Notes under the pieces: model-generated
The model's database searches: none
What the model was told of the DNA's origin: nothing
The model's input: the letters and a program-made list of their open reading frames with translations, nothing else
Assembly (NCBI GenBank): GCA_945902745.1
Contig: CAMDNE010000011.1
Location: 26,644-90,643, forward strand
Reading direction: 5' to 3'
DNA: 64,000 nt
DNA from: Chitinophaga pinensis
GTDB lineage: Bacteria; Bacteroidota; Bacteroidia; Flavobacteriales_D; Crocinitomicaceae
Position numbers and translations under genes: made by a program
Part shown: in pieces, positions 20,093 through 29,392 of the stretch
Layout: every line of letters starts with the position of its first letter
Position numbering within the stretch: the first letter of the stretch is position 1

Positions 20093-21538
20093 TCAAGTTG
20101 TTCTCTTTAATCCCCGGCCTTTCGGTCCATCGCCTTCTCTTAGCACAATTTCAGAATGCAGGAGCGCAACTGCCTCCGCTGAATCTTTCACTTTTGAAGC
20201 ACTTCGTTCTAACATTTCTTTTTCAAACTCGGTCAAGACACTTTTCCTTATACCTGTTTCTCTCCAATGAGATGAAGGCCGACAACCTTTTGTTATTCCT
20301 CGTGCAAGTATGAGCGCATCCAACAATGCTTGATTTGCTCCTTGTCCTTTGAATGGGCTCATAGGATGTGCCGCATCTCCAATTAACGTTACATGACTCC
20401 CTTTCTCTAAAAATTCTGGTTGGAGTAATGCGCGGTCATAGGCTGGGTACCCCGTAATTTGTGTTTCCTGAGTTGCCGATATAATCTGAGGAACAGGATT
20501 ATGCCACTTCGTTCTGCGACACGCTTCTTCTTTGAGCGCTTGAGGTCCTAGTGCACTTATTTCCTTGGCTTCTTTTTCTGATATTGGGAAGCTAAGTTGC
20601 CACATCACTGTGTCAAACGAAAAAGGCATCATATAGATTCGTTCATTGCCATTTACTGTTTGAAATACCGTTGCCGAGTCGAGTAAATGACTTTCAAAAC
20701 CGTTGAGATTTTTCAAGGGACAAATTCCTAAAATCACCATGCATCCGAGATAACGTAAAGGAAGAATCTCATCACCAATTAGCAACCTGCGAACCACGCT
20801 GCGAATACCATCCGCTCCAACCACAAGATCTGCATTGACAACCTTCTTCTTCCCGTCAACAAGAAAGTTCAGCTTAACTCCTTCATCACTTTCATTAAAA
20901 TCTACCAATTGATGTCCCCACTGCACTGCATCCTGTTTACCGAGTTGCTTGAGCAGCTCTAAACGCAATGATTGCCGCGCGATGTGCACATTTGTTCGCT
21001 TTGGAGGTGCTTTATCGCCTGCTTGTATCCGCTTTCTCATTCCCCATTCAACAATCACTTTTCCATCTGTATTATGCACCACATGATTTGTAGAATAAAC
21101 CCCTTCTGGCAAGGAATGTATACCAAATGCCTTCATTGCTTTGCTCGCTTGTTGCAGGGTGAGACCATAACCTTGAGACCGAACATCGAAACCACTATCG
21201 CGCTCAAAAAGGGTAAAAGGAATTCCGCGATGCAAACAGGCCACAGCCAATGCTACGCCTCCTATACCACCACCAATAATCGCTACATGTGGGAAGTTTT
21301 CCTTATCTGCTTCAGGAAATTTTGGAGCATGAATCAATCCAGTACCGTTACAGTTCGAACAAAGTAACAAGGGGTTATTTGGACGAACAGGAACAGTTTC
21401 CTTCGTTTTTTCAAATTCATCCATAGCATTTTGGTAGTGAAGTCGCACTTTCTTGCGCAACCTACCGCTTTTTTTCCCTTGTCCCAGACATTCTGGACAA
21501 CTTGTCCAAACTACTTCTTCGTTTTCTACCTTTTTCAC
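20093..21538 (-). CDS. FAD-dependent monooxygenase with an N-terminal double CxxCxGxG zinc-finger extension
   Basis: VAIIGGGIGGVALA is a dinucleotide fold and GDAAHPMSPFKGQGANQALLDA is the FAD-monooxygenase fingerprint. The N-terminus carries CPECLGQG and CSNCNGTG. Confidence 0.8.
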   Translation of the reverse strand: MKKVENEEVVWTSCPECLGQGKKSGRLRKKVRLHYQNAMDEFEKTKETVPVRPNNPLLLCSNCNGTGLIHAPKFPEADKENFPHVAIIGGGIGGVALAVACLHRGIPFTLFERDSGFDVRSQGYGLTLQQASKAMKAFGIHSLPEGVYSTNHVVHNTDGKVIVEWGMRKRIQAGDKAPPKRTNVHIARQSLRLELLKQLGKQDAVQWGHQLVDFNESDEGVKLNFLVDGKKKVVNADLVVGADGIRSVVRRLLIGDEILPLRYLGCMVILGICPLKNLNGFESHLLDSATVFQTVNGNERIYMMPFSFDTVMWQLSFPISEKEAKEISALGPQALKEEACRRTKWHNPVPQIISATQETQITGYPAYDRALLQPEFLEKGSHVTLIGDAAHPMSPFKGQGANQALLDALILARGITKGCRPSSHWRETGIRKSVLTEFEKEMLERSASKVKDSAEAVALLHSEIVLREGDGPKGRGLKRTT

Positions 21539-21728
21539 TGTTTAATTTATGTGGATTTTGAATTTTTTAATGGTTTGAGGCAATGCGCTGTTCCGAACTT
21601 CCATCCATAAACGCAACTTCGAAGTTTAATAATATTTATATATAAGAAAATCTGAAAGATTTGAAAATCAAGCGTTAGCGCAGATCGTTTTATCGAAGTA
21701 CGATTTTGGAATGGAGCATGAGACTCAG

Positions 21729-22052
21729 TTATGCAGCGTTTCCTTCCATTGGTTTTATATCATTTAGTTCTTTCTCCTTTTGATTTTTCTGTTCTTCAAG
21801 ATCATAATCATCTTGTAAACCCAACCAAAACTTTGCGCTTGTCCCGAAAAATTTAGCAAAACGTAATGCAGTATCAGCCGTTATTCGCCTATTCCCTTTG
21901 ATAATTTCAGAAATGCGAGTTTGAGGAAGAAATGTTGCCTTTGCTAAACGATAGGCAGAAATTTCCATTGGAATTAAGAATTCCTCAAGTAGTATTTCAC
22001 CAGGATGTATATTGCTCAACTTTTCCATAACTTCTTTTTTAATGGTAATCAA
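21729..22052 (-). CDS. higA: HigA-family antitoxin (XRE HTH)
   Basis: It contains IHPGEILLEEFL.P...S.Y.LAK.....TRISEII.G.R.ITADTALR.AKFFGTSA.FWL.LQ. Confidence 0.85.
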   Translation of the reverse strand: MITIKKEVMEKLSNIHPGEILLEEFLIPMEISAYRLAKATFLPQTRISEIIKGNRRITADTALRFAKFFGTSAKFWLGLQDDYDLEEQKNQKEKELNDIKPMEGNAA

Positions 22053-22320
22053 TTATTTTAACATCGTAAGCATCATTATTAAGCCATTGAAAGATGATTC
22101 TCCATTGATTATTTATTCGAATACTATAATAATCTTCAAGGTTACCTTTCAATTTTTCCAGTCTGTTTGCAGGAGGAATTCTTAAGTCATTCACATCCTG
22201 TGCATTATTAAGCATCCTTAATTTTCTGCGCGCTACATTCTGAATTTCGTTTGGCAATTTTTTCGACCGAATTCCATTCCAAATTTTTTCGGATTCTTTA
22301 TCGCCAAAAGTCTTTATCAT
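22039..22320 (-). CDS. higB: HigB-like toxin (plasmid maintenance system killer, RelE/ParE superfamily)
   Basis: It contains MIKTF.DK.SEKIWNG...KLP.EIQ..ARRKL..L......DL..PP.NRLE.L.G.....YSIRIN.QWRI.F. It overlaps higA by 14 nt. Confidence 0.85.
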   Translation of the reverse strand: MIKTFGDKESEKIWNGIRSKKLPNEIQNVARRKLRMLNNAQDVNDLRIPPANRLEKLKGNLEDYYSIRINNQWRIIFQWLNNDAYDVKIIDYH

Positions 22321-22330
22321 TAATATTGAT

Positions 22331-22348
22331 TTACGTTACTAACGTTAA
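22331..22348 (-). promoter_or_regulatory. Candidate HigA operator palindrome
   Basis: ACGTTA-C-TAACGT (22333-22345) lies about 12 nt upstream of the higB start. Confidence 0.35.
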
Positions 22349-22506
22349 AAGTAAGCAACTTGTTTTAATTGTGCAAATTTTTCTTGATGAGCAGATTTTG
22401 CGGAAGTGGTCAATGCTGCTTAACTTTCCTCAACTAGGAGACGCGGGCATCTTGGATGTAGTTTTTCAGCCCGTGGATTTTAGTTGATGTTAAGTGTAGC
22501 TAATTA

Positions 22507-22962
22507 TTACCAAATAATCTGATATATTTCACATTCTCCAGCATTAATTGTCCTTGTTTGGTTCCAATTGCGGATTTCAACGTTAGCACCATTAAAAGCC
22601 TTAGCTGTTATGGAAACCGTTTTACTCTTAGTTCCTTCCATTGTTATCCAATTGCCAATGGTTGTTGTACTGCATTCAGGCTCAAATGACCAAATAACAA
22701 CATTTGGATTGATATTTTGAACAACCTCATTATCTAAATAAATAGTGACCGAAGCAATGTTATTGGCAAGCAAGCTATCACGAGTAGTTGTGTCGTACCA
22801 ATTAGTTAAATTTCCATGGTAATTGCAACTCCCGTTGTCAACATTGGCTTCAATATTATAGTTGTCTGATGTAAGGTCCGTGCATCCATTGATGTCTTTT
22901 TTACACGAAAAATTGATCAATGATAAAATGACTAATAAAAAAATGGCTTTAATTTGTTTCAT
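22507..22962 (-). CDS. Hypothetical lipoprotein
   Basis: It has the signal plus lipobox LSLINFSC. Confidence 0.5.
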   Translation of the reverse strand: MKQIKAIFLLVILSLINFSCKKDINGCTDLTSDNYNIEANVDNGSCNYHGNLTNWYDTTTRDSLLANNIASVTIYLDNEVVQNINPNVVIWSFEPECSTTTIGNWITMEGTKSKTVSITAKAFNGANVEIRNWNQTRTINAGECEIYQIIW

Positions 22963-23096
22963 ATTCTCTTTAATAATTACTCATAACTAATAATATATAT
23001 GCGCTACAACTGCTCGCTTAGCCACCCAAAATAGTATGCTATACACTACGCAACGCTTTTTTTTATAACACCCGATAAATATCGACTATTTCCCAA

Positions 23097-23672
23097 TCAA
23101 TAACTAGCATTGTATCTTATTTCAACGGCTGTTGCGCCTTTTCCGTAATCGCTGTAATTGGCGTCGTAATATTCCACACCATCTTTGGTGGAGAGAAACA
23201 GGCGAACGTCGTCTTTCAAAACGCCTTCACCTACTCCATGGATGACAATCAATTTTCGGATGTGGCGATCTCGTGCACGTTTGTAAAAGTTTTTAAATTC
23301 TTTCAGTTGAATGGCCAAAATTTCGGAATTACTCATTCCCCTGTTTGAGTCGATCAACGATTCAATATGTAAATCAATTTCCCAGACATCAATTGGCTTT
23401 TTAGAGCCTGTCTGCGTTTCTTTGTGTGAGGTGTGTCGAACGGTTGAAATGGTATCATCCTCATTGATTTGAGCAATGCTATCTTCTGGTAAATGATAAT
23501 CCGAGCCATGAATTTTGACCAATTCATTGGCACGAAAAGGACGTTCAAAACCCGATTCATCTTCAACTAATAAAAACCCTTTATCGTCAATTCGTTTTAC
23601 AATTCCGCCTCCCGTTTCAAGAAGAAAAACTACTTTCTCATTGATTTGAAAGGAGCTTGAGGTACCAGCCAT
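23097..23672 (-). CDS. Smr-domain protein
   Basis: DLHIESL...IRKLIVIHGVGEGVLKDDVRLFL is Smr-like. The start is set at the internal Met (MAGTSS). Confidence 0.65.
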   Translation of the reverse strand: MAGTSSSFQINEKVVFLLETGGGIVKRIDDKGFLLVEDESGFERPFRANELVKIHGSDYHLPEDSIAQINEDDTISTVRHTSHKETQTGSKKPIDVWEIDLHIESLIDSNRGMSNSEILAIQLKEFKNFYKRARDRHIRKLIVIHGVGEGVLKDDVRLFLSTKDGVEYYDANYSDYGKGATAVEIRYNASY

Positions 23673-24606
23673 AATTTTCTCTAATATTATCGTTAAAAAC
23701 ATACAGTAAGACAAATGGCAGAACGATTGACGTTAACCAGATTAGAATCAAACAGATTCTAAAGAAAAGACTTGCATCATTTTCAACTGGACTGAGCAAA
23801 ACACCATTTACTTGACTCGCAATAAGCGGATCTGATTCTTCCGTTGAAACAGTATCAATGTACGATCTCAAGGCTGGTGTTCGTGCAACAATATGTGCTT
23901 TAATTTTAGAAAAATCTTTATTGGAAAGCAGTTTATAGGTCGTTTTGTATTCTATTTCGTCTTCTTTCAATTCTTTGCGTAATTGGTATTGACTTTGAAT
24001 AGATCGCACGCGAAATCCCATGAAAAATCCGAAAAGCATCAATACATAGCTGTCAATGTACCAGCCAGCGCCAATTAATACCAACGAAGAAATAAATGAA
24101 AAAACAAGAATAAATAAATCTTGGTTCTTTTTCACCAATAATTTAAAGAGTTGTCCACCGTCCAATGGATCAAGTGGAATTAAATTCAAGATGTTTAAAA
24201 ACAAGAATAGCAATCCTAAATCCATCATCCATGCTGCTTCATAATTGCTCGATACAAGGATTAAAACTGTTCCAATTATAACTCCTGGGAAAGGTCCTGC
24301 GCCGATGACTAATAAACTTTGTTTTTGAGAATATTCTTCTTTGCTCCCTTGGACAAATGCGCCCATTAGTGGAATAAATAACATCCGTACATTTTTGTAT
24401 TTAAAGAGCTTCATCAATGCAAAATGGCCCATTTCATGAATTAATAAAACAATCAATAGGTGAAAAATAAATCTTACTTCATCCGTAAATATGAACAAAA
24501 ACGTCATTACAAACAAAACGATTGAAAAGATTGTGAGCGCTAAGTTTCCTTTTGCCTTTGGTTCAGCCAATTCAGGTTTCGGGGGATAAAAATCGTATTC
24601 TTCCAT
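23638..24606 (-). CDS. M50/site-2-protease-like membrane metallopeptidase
   Basis: It has HEMGHF (HExxH), NLIPLDPLDGG and several TM helices. Confidence 0.75.
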   Translation of the reverse strand: MEEYDFYPPKPELAEPKAKGNLALTIFSIVLFVMTFLFIFTDEVRFIFHLLIVLLIHEMGHFALMKLFKYKNVRMLFIPLMGAFVQGSKEEYSQKQSLLVIGAGPFPGVIIGTVLILVSSNYEAAWMMDLGLLFLFLNILNLIPLDPLDGGQLFKLLVKKNQDLFILVFSFISSLVLIGAGWYIDSYVLMLFGFFMGFRVRSIQSQYQLRKELKEDEIEYKTTYKLLSNKDFSKIKAHIVARTPALRSYIDTVSTEESDPLIASQVNGVLLSPVENDASLFFRICLILIWLTSIVLPFVLLYVFNDNIRENYGWYLKLLSNQ

Positions 24607-24627
24607 GAAGGTAAAGATAAAGAAAAT

Positions 24628-25233
24628 CTATTTCATTCTCTTTTTTAATACCATCAAAACATCATTTAATTGAAAACCTTTTGCTTTCAATAGCACTAAA
24701 TAATGAAACAATAAATCCGCATTTTCTTCTAAAAACAGGCTGTCATCCGTTCTCAGTGCTTCAATGACCACTTCAACTGCTTCTTCTCCTACTTTCTGAG
24801 CTATTTTATGCGTACCAGCAACTTTTAAAGATGCGACATAAGAAGAAGTAGCTTCATTTTCCCAACGATTTGTAATGGTTTGTTCGAGTTGCTCAAGAAT
24901 GCAAAAGTTTGTCGATTGATCTTCACCCCAACAGTTATATGTCCCTTTATGACAGGTTGGTCCTGCAGGGATAACTTGAATTAACAAAGTATCATTATCA
25001 CAATCATTTTTGATTGAAATTATTTCTAAGAAATTCCCACTTTCTTCACCTTTAGTCCATAAACGTTGCTTTGATCGTGAATAAAAAGTTACTTTCCCTT
25101 CTTTTACGGTTTTTTGAAGCGCATCCTCATTCATATAACCTAGCATTAAAACTTGCAACGTCTCCTTGTCTTGAATTATTGCAGGAATCAATCCATTTGA
25201 TTTATCAAAATCTATTTTAGTAAAATCAATCAT
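24628..25233 (-). CDS. hisI: Bifunctional phosphoribosyl-AMP cyclohydrolase / phosphoribosyl-ATP diphosphatase
   Basis: It has GLIPAIIQD...LMLGYMN and a C-terminal HisE helix bundle. Confidence 0.9.
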   Translation of the reverse strand: MIDFTKIDFDKSNGLIPAIIQDKETLQVLMLGYMNEDALQKTVKEGKVTFYSRSKQRLWTKGEESGNFLEIISIKNDCDNDTLLIQVIPAGPTCHKGTYNCWGEDQSTNFCILEQLEQTITNRWENEATSSYVASLKVAGTHKIAQKVGEEAVEVVIEALRTDDSLFLEENADLLFHYLVLLKAKGFQLNDVLMVLKKRMK

Positions 25234-25982
25234 CTTATATCAATATTATTTGTTTTTAAATAGTTTTTTAAAGCTGGAATTTCAATTTCACCGAAGTGAA
25301 AGACACTAGCAGCCAATGCAGCATCAACATTTGTTTGTTCGAATACCTCCTTGAAATGTTCTACTTTACCGCAACCTCCAGATGCTATTATTGGAACATT
25401 CACACATTTAGCCAATTTGTATAATGGATCGATTGCAAATCCACTTTTCGTTCCATCATTATCCATGGAGGTAAACAATATTTCTCCAGCACCAAGGTTT
25501 ACTCCTTCTTTCGCCCATTCAAATAAATCTAAATCGGTTTGTATTCTTCCTCCCGCTTGAAAAACAATCCATTTTGCATCAATAAATTTTGCATCAATAG
25601 CTAAAACAACACATTGATTTCCAAATCGATTGGACAAATCTTTAATTAAGCTCGGATTTTTTATCGCCGATGAATTAACACTTATTTTGTCGGCCCCATT
25701 GTTCAGTAAATTAAAAGCATCTTCAACACTTGAAATTCCACCACCTACAGTAAAAGGAATGTTGATTTCTCTTGCTACTTTCCTCACCATTTCCACCATT
25801 GTTTTGCGACCTTCAAGCGTTGCTGTTATGTCTAAAAAGACCAATTCATCCGCTCCATTTTCAGAATAGTATTTTGCCAATGAAACTGGATCTCCAGCAT
25901 CTATTAAACCTTCAAAATTGATTCCTTTAACGGTTCTCCCATCTTTAATATCCAAACATGGAATTATTCTCTTTTTCAACAT
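25230..25982 (-). CDS. hisF: Imidazole glycerol phosphate synthase cyclase subunit
   Basis: It contains [20 protein letters not shown] and [10 protein letters not shown]. Confidence 0.95.
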   Translation of the reverse strand: MLKKRIIPCLDIKDGRTVKGINFEGLIDAGDPVSLAKYYSENGADELVFLDITATLEGRKTMVEMVRKVAREINIPFTVGGGISSVEDAFNLLNNGADKISVNSSAIKNPSLIKDLSNRFGNQCVVLAIDAKFIDAKWIVFQAGGRIQTDLDLFEWAKEGVNLGAGEILFTSMDNDGTKSGFAIDPLYKLAKCVNVPIIASGGCGKVEHFKEVFEQTNVDAALAASVFHFGEIEIPALKNYLKTNNIDIR

Positions 25983-26710
25983 AATTTGTCATATTTCCGG
26001 AGATCAACTAAATCAATTCTGTTTTCATAAATTGCCTTTCCAACAACAACAGAAGGAATATTTAACGTACATAGTTTTTGAATGTCTTCTATATTCGAAA
26101 CACCACCACTTGCGATTAAATTTAAGTCAGGGAATTGTTTCATAATCTCTTCGTACAATTCAAATGCTGGTCCAGTAAGCATTCCATCTTTAGAAATATC
26201 TGTGCATAAAACAGTTCTAATTCCCAAATCAAAATACTGCTGAATAAAGGGAACTAAATCAATGTCGCTTGTTTCTAACCATCCTCCTATTGCAATTTTA
26301 CCATCTTTCACATCAGCGCCTAAAATGAATTTATCAGCACCATATTTCAGGATCCATTCTTTCATTTTTTGTGGTTCTTTTACAGCCAAACTCCCTATTG
26401 TTACCTGTTTTGCACCCACTTCAAAAACGATTTCTAGATCCGAATCTGTTTTTATGCCACCGCCAAAATCAACTTCAAGTGCGGTATTTTTACAAATCGA
26501 TTTCAATATGTCACCATTTATCACCTTTCCTGCTTTAGCGCCATCCAAATCAACTAAATGCAAGCGTTTGAATCCGTGTTTTTCGAAATTCAATGCAATT
26601 TCCAAAGGATTTGAACTGTAGATTTTTTTCTTATCGTAATCCCCTTTTGTTAACCGTACACATTGTCCATCAATCAAATCGATCGCTGGAATTATATTCA
26701 TTTGATTCAT
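25976..26710 (-). CDS. hisA: ProFAR isomerase
   Basis: It contains [19 protein letters not shown] and sits in the his operon. Confidence 0.9.
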   Translation of the reverse strand: MNQMNIIPAIDLIDGQCVRLTKGDYDKKKIYSSNPLEIALNFEKHGFKRLHLVDLDGAKAGKVINGDILKSICKNTALEVDFGGGIKTDSDLEIVFEVGAKQVTIGSLAVKEPQKMKEWILKYGADKFILGADVKDGKIAIGGWLETSDIDLVPFIQQYFDLGIRTVLCTDISKDGMLTGPAFELYEEIMKQFPDLNLIASGGVSNIEDIQKLCTLNIPSVVVGKAIYENRIDLVDLRKYDKLC

Positions 26711-27288
26711 TTTCTCAAGCTTAAAAATCGTTTTAAAATCTCTTCTCCGACTTCACCACTTTTTTCAGGGTGGAACTGACAACCAATAAAATTAACTTTT
26801 TCCATTGCGGCGCTAAAAGCAGTTGGATAATTTGTTTCTGCAATTGTATATTCATTTATTGGGGCGAAATAGCTATGAATAAAATAGACGGGGTCAATCA
26901 ATCCATTCAAGATTCCTTTTGTTTCTAAAATTTCATTCCATCCCATGTGCGGAACTTTTAACTCGTCGTCAAACCGCTTTACTCTTACACTTTCAAAAAT
27001 ATTTAATCCTTTTACATCTCCTTCCTCTGATGATTCACACATCATCTGCATTCCCAAACATACGCCCAAAACGGGTTGTTTTAAGTCTGGAATCAACAGG
27101 TCTAAACCTGATTCTTTTAACTGCGACATAGCTGTTTCTGCATGACCAACACCAGGAAACACAACTAAATCCGATGATCTAATTTCATTTAAATCATTTG
27201 ACAAGGTAGGTTCAATTCCCAGTCGTTGAAAAGCAGATTTAACAGAAAAAACATTTCCTGCACCGTAATTTATTATTGTTAGTTTCAT
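26707..27288 (-). CDS. hisH: Imidazole glycerol phosphate synthase glutaminase subunit
   Basis: It contains INYGAGN..SV and VLGVCLGMQ (catalytic Cys). Confidence 0.9.
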   Translation of the reverse strand: MKLTIINYGAGNVFSVKSAFQRLGIEPTLSNDLNEIRSSDLVVFPGVGHAETAMSQLKESGLDLLIPDLKQPVLGVCLGMQMMCESSEEGDVKGLNIFESVRVKRFDDELKVPHMGWNEILETKGILNGLIDPVYFIHSYFAPINEYTIAETNYPTAFSAAMEKVNFIGCQFHPEKSGEVGEEILKRFLSLRK

Positions 27289-27290
27289 CT

Positions 27291-28427
27291 CTATAACATT
27301 CCTTTAGTTGAGGGTAATACAGCATTCATACCGTCTCTTTTTTTAGCCATTCGAATCGCCTTTGCAAAAGCTTTAAAAATTGCTTCTATTTTATGGTGTT
27401 CATTTACTCCTTCTGCTTTTATATTCAAATTGCACTTCGCTCCATCAGTGAAAGATTTAAAAAAGTGAAAAAACATTTCAGTAGGCATTTGACCAATCAT
27501 TTCTCGTTTAAATTCAACATCCCATTCCAGCCAATTTCGCCCTCCAAAATCCAATCCCACTTGCGCTAAACAATCATCCATTGGCAAACAAAATCCATAC
27601 CGCTCTAAACCTATTTTTGACCCCAAGGCCTGATTAAAACATTCACCTAATGCAATTGCTGTATCTTCAATTGTATGGTGTTCATCCACTTGAAGATCGC
27701 CTTTAACGGTAATAGTTAAATTCAACTGACCGTGTCTGGCAATTTGATCCAACATGTGATCAAAAAAATGAATTCCAGTCGAAATATTTGACTTACCTGT
27801 CCCATCAAGATTGAGTTCAATATCAATTTTTGTTTCATTCGTATTGCGCGAATAAATAGCTGTTCTTTCTCCAAGTTTCAAAAAAGTGTAAATCTCATCC
27901 CAATCAGTACTTTCTAATGCTACACAAGACATTAATTCATTCTCAAGAATAGAAACTTCTTTTATTCCAGGATCATTTATTGTTTTCATATAAATTGCTT
28001 TAGTCCCCAGATTTTTTGCCAATTCAACATCCGTTAAACGGTCTCCAATTACAAAAGAATTCTTTAAATCGTAATCACCCGTTAAATACTTATTCAACAA
28101 ACCAGTTCTAGGTTTCCGTGTATCTAAATTCTCTTCTGGATATGAACGGTCAATACATTCGGAAGAAAATTCAATTCCTTCTGAGCGCAATGTTTCAATC
28201 ATCAAATTGTGCGGTCCAACAAACGATTCATAGGGATACACTTCAGTTCCTAAACCATCTTGATTTGTCACCAATACCAATTCAAAATCTAATTCACGTG
28301 CTATTTTCCCTAAGCCAGAAAATACTTTTGGATAAAATTTCAATTTCTCAAAACTATCTACTTGAAAATCAACTGGCGGTTCAAGTATAAGGGTACCGTC
28401 TCTATCTATAAATAATACTTTTTTCAT
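27291..28427 (-). CDS. hisB: Bifunctional histidinol-phosphatase / imidazoleglycerol-phosphate dehydratase
   Basis: It has FIDRDGTLI (HAD motif) and IGPD motifs ([20 protein letters not shown]). Confidence 0.9.
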   Translation of the reverse strand: MKKVLFIDRDGTLILEPPVDFQVDSFEKLKFYPKVFSGLGKIARELDFELVLVTNQDGLGTEVYPYESFVGPHNLMIETLRSEGIEFSSECIDRSYPEENLDTRKPRTGLLNKYLTGDYDLKNSFVIGDRLTDVELAKNLGTKAIYMKTINDPGIKEVSILENELMSCVALESTDWDEIYTFLKLGERTAIYSRNTNETKIDIELNLDGTGKSNISTGIHFFDHMLDQIARHGQLNLTITVKGDLQVDEHHTIEDTAIALGECFNQALGSKIGLERYGFCLPMDDCLAQVGLDFGGRNWLEWDVEFKREMIGQMPTEMFFHFFKSFTDGAKCNLNIKAEGVNEHHKIEAIFKAFAKAIRMAKKRDGMNAVLPSTKGML

Positions 28428-28441
28428 TTTCTTTATTTTTT

Positions 28442-28900
28442 TTGACCACTAAGGCGCAAAGGGCACTAAGGGTATTATTCGTGTTATTTTTCTTGACCAC
28501 AAAGGCGCAAAGGGCACTAAGGGTATTATTCGTTTTATTTTTTTTGACCACCAAGGCGCAAAGTGCACTAAGGGTATTATTCGTGTTATTTTTTTGACCA
28601 CTAAGGCGCAAAGGGCACTAAGGGTATTATTCGTGTTATTTTTCTTGACCACAAAGGCGCAAAGGGCACTAAGGGTATTATTCGTTTTATTTTTTTTGAC
28701 CACCAAGACACAAAGGGCACTAAGTGTATTATTCGTGTTATTTTTCTTGACCACAAAGGCGCAAAGGGCACTAAGGGTATTATTCGTGTTATTTTTTTTG
28801 ACCACCAAGACACAAAGGGCACTAAGCTTTTTTATTCTTTGTAAACTTTGTGACTTTGTGGTTAATTTATTTTTGACCAATAAGACAACAAGAGTACAAA
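28442..28900. repeat. Tandem array of a 51-bp unit: 8 units (the last truncated) plus degenerate and inverted copies
   Basis: Units begin with TTGACCAC at 28442, 28493, 28544, 28594, 28645, 28696, 28747 and 28798, giving periods 51,51,50,51,51,51,51. The consensus is TTGACCAC(T/A/C)AAGGCGCAAAGGGCACTAAGGGTATTATTCGTGTTATTTTT. A degenerate copy lies at 28873. Confidence 0.95.
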
Positions 28901-28910
28901 GTTGATTTTT

Positions 28911-29300
28911 TTAGTTCACTTTTAAATACCCGTTTATTACTCTTTCAATTCCATATTTAAACAATTCAACATTAAAATTTATCAATAATCCTAATTTACA
29001 CTGTGACAACTTCAAATATGTCAATAATTGCGCTGTATGCAAGTCTGTTAACTCTCTAACTGCTTTTAATTCTATAATAAATTTGTCTTCAACCATAATA
29101 TCTATTCTATAACCTACATCTAACGTAACATCATTGTAAATAACAGGTAAAGCTTTTTGACTTTCAACTTTTAACCCTTGTTTTTTCAACTCATAAATCA
29201 AACATGCTTCATAGCTACTTTCTAACAACCCAGGACCTAAAGCTCTATGTACTTTCAAGCCACTATTTACAACGATTCTTGCAATTTCATCTTCACTCAT
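28911..29300 (-). CDS. GxxExxY-family protein (PD-(D/E)XK nuclease-like)
   Basis: It contains IVVNSGLKVHRALGPGLLESSYEACLIYELKKQGLKVESQ...YRIDIMVEDKFIIELKAV...QLLTYLK..KLGLLINF. The start is set at the internal Met (MSEDE). Confidence 0.8.
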   Translation of the reverse strand: MSEDEIARIVVNSGLKVHRALGPGLLESSYEACLIYELKKQGLKVESQKALPVIYNDVTLDVGYRIDIMVEDKFIIELKAVRELTDLHTAQLLTYLKLSQCKLGLLINFNVELFKYGIERVINGYLKVN

Positions 29301-29392
29301 TATAATCTTTTTTTTATTGATTTCCATTTAAGTTAATCAAAAAGCTTATTTATTTCAAAGTTTTTTTTGTGTATTTAATTTTTTTATTCCAG

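Noticed and set aside
23638-23672. The 35-nt overlap between the M50 peptidase gene and the Smr gene as a programmed feature.
   Set aside because: It more likely reflects uncertainty in the Smr start codon. Nothing in the sequence suggests recoding.
28442-28900. The 51-bp array considered as a CRISPR array.
   Set aside because: There are no unique spacers. The whole 51-bp period is repeated nearly identically, and no cas genes are present in the window.
28402-28905. Four listed ORFs (28402..28611, 28449..28880, 28601..28822 on the minus strand; 28594..28905 on the plus strand) encode repeated peptides such as NNTLSALCAFVVKK. I considered a repeat protein or a multi-core RiPP precursor.
   Set aside because: They are read-throughs of the 51-bp tandem DNA repeat, open on both strands. 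One 50-bp unit shifts the frame, so no single frame is maintained. There is no plausible start context.
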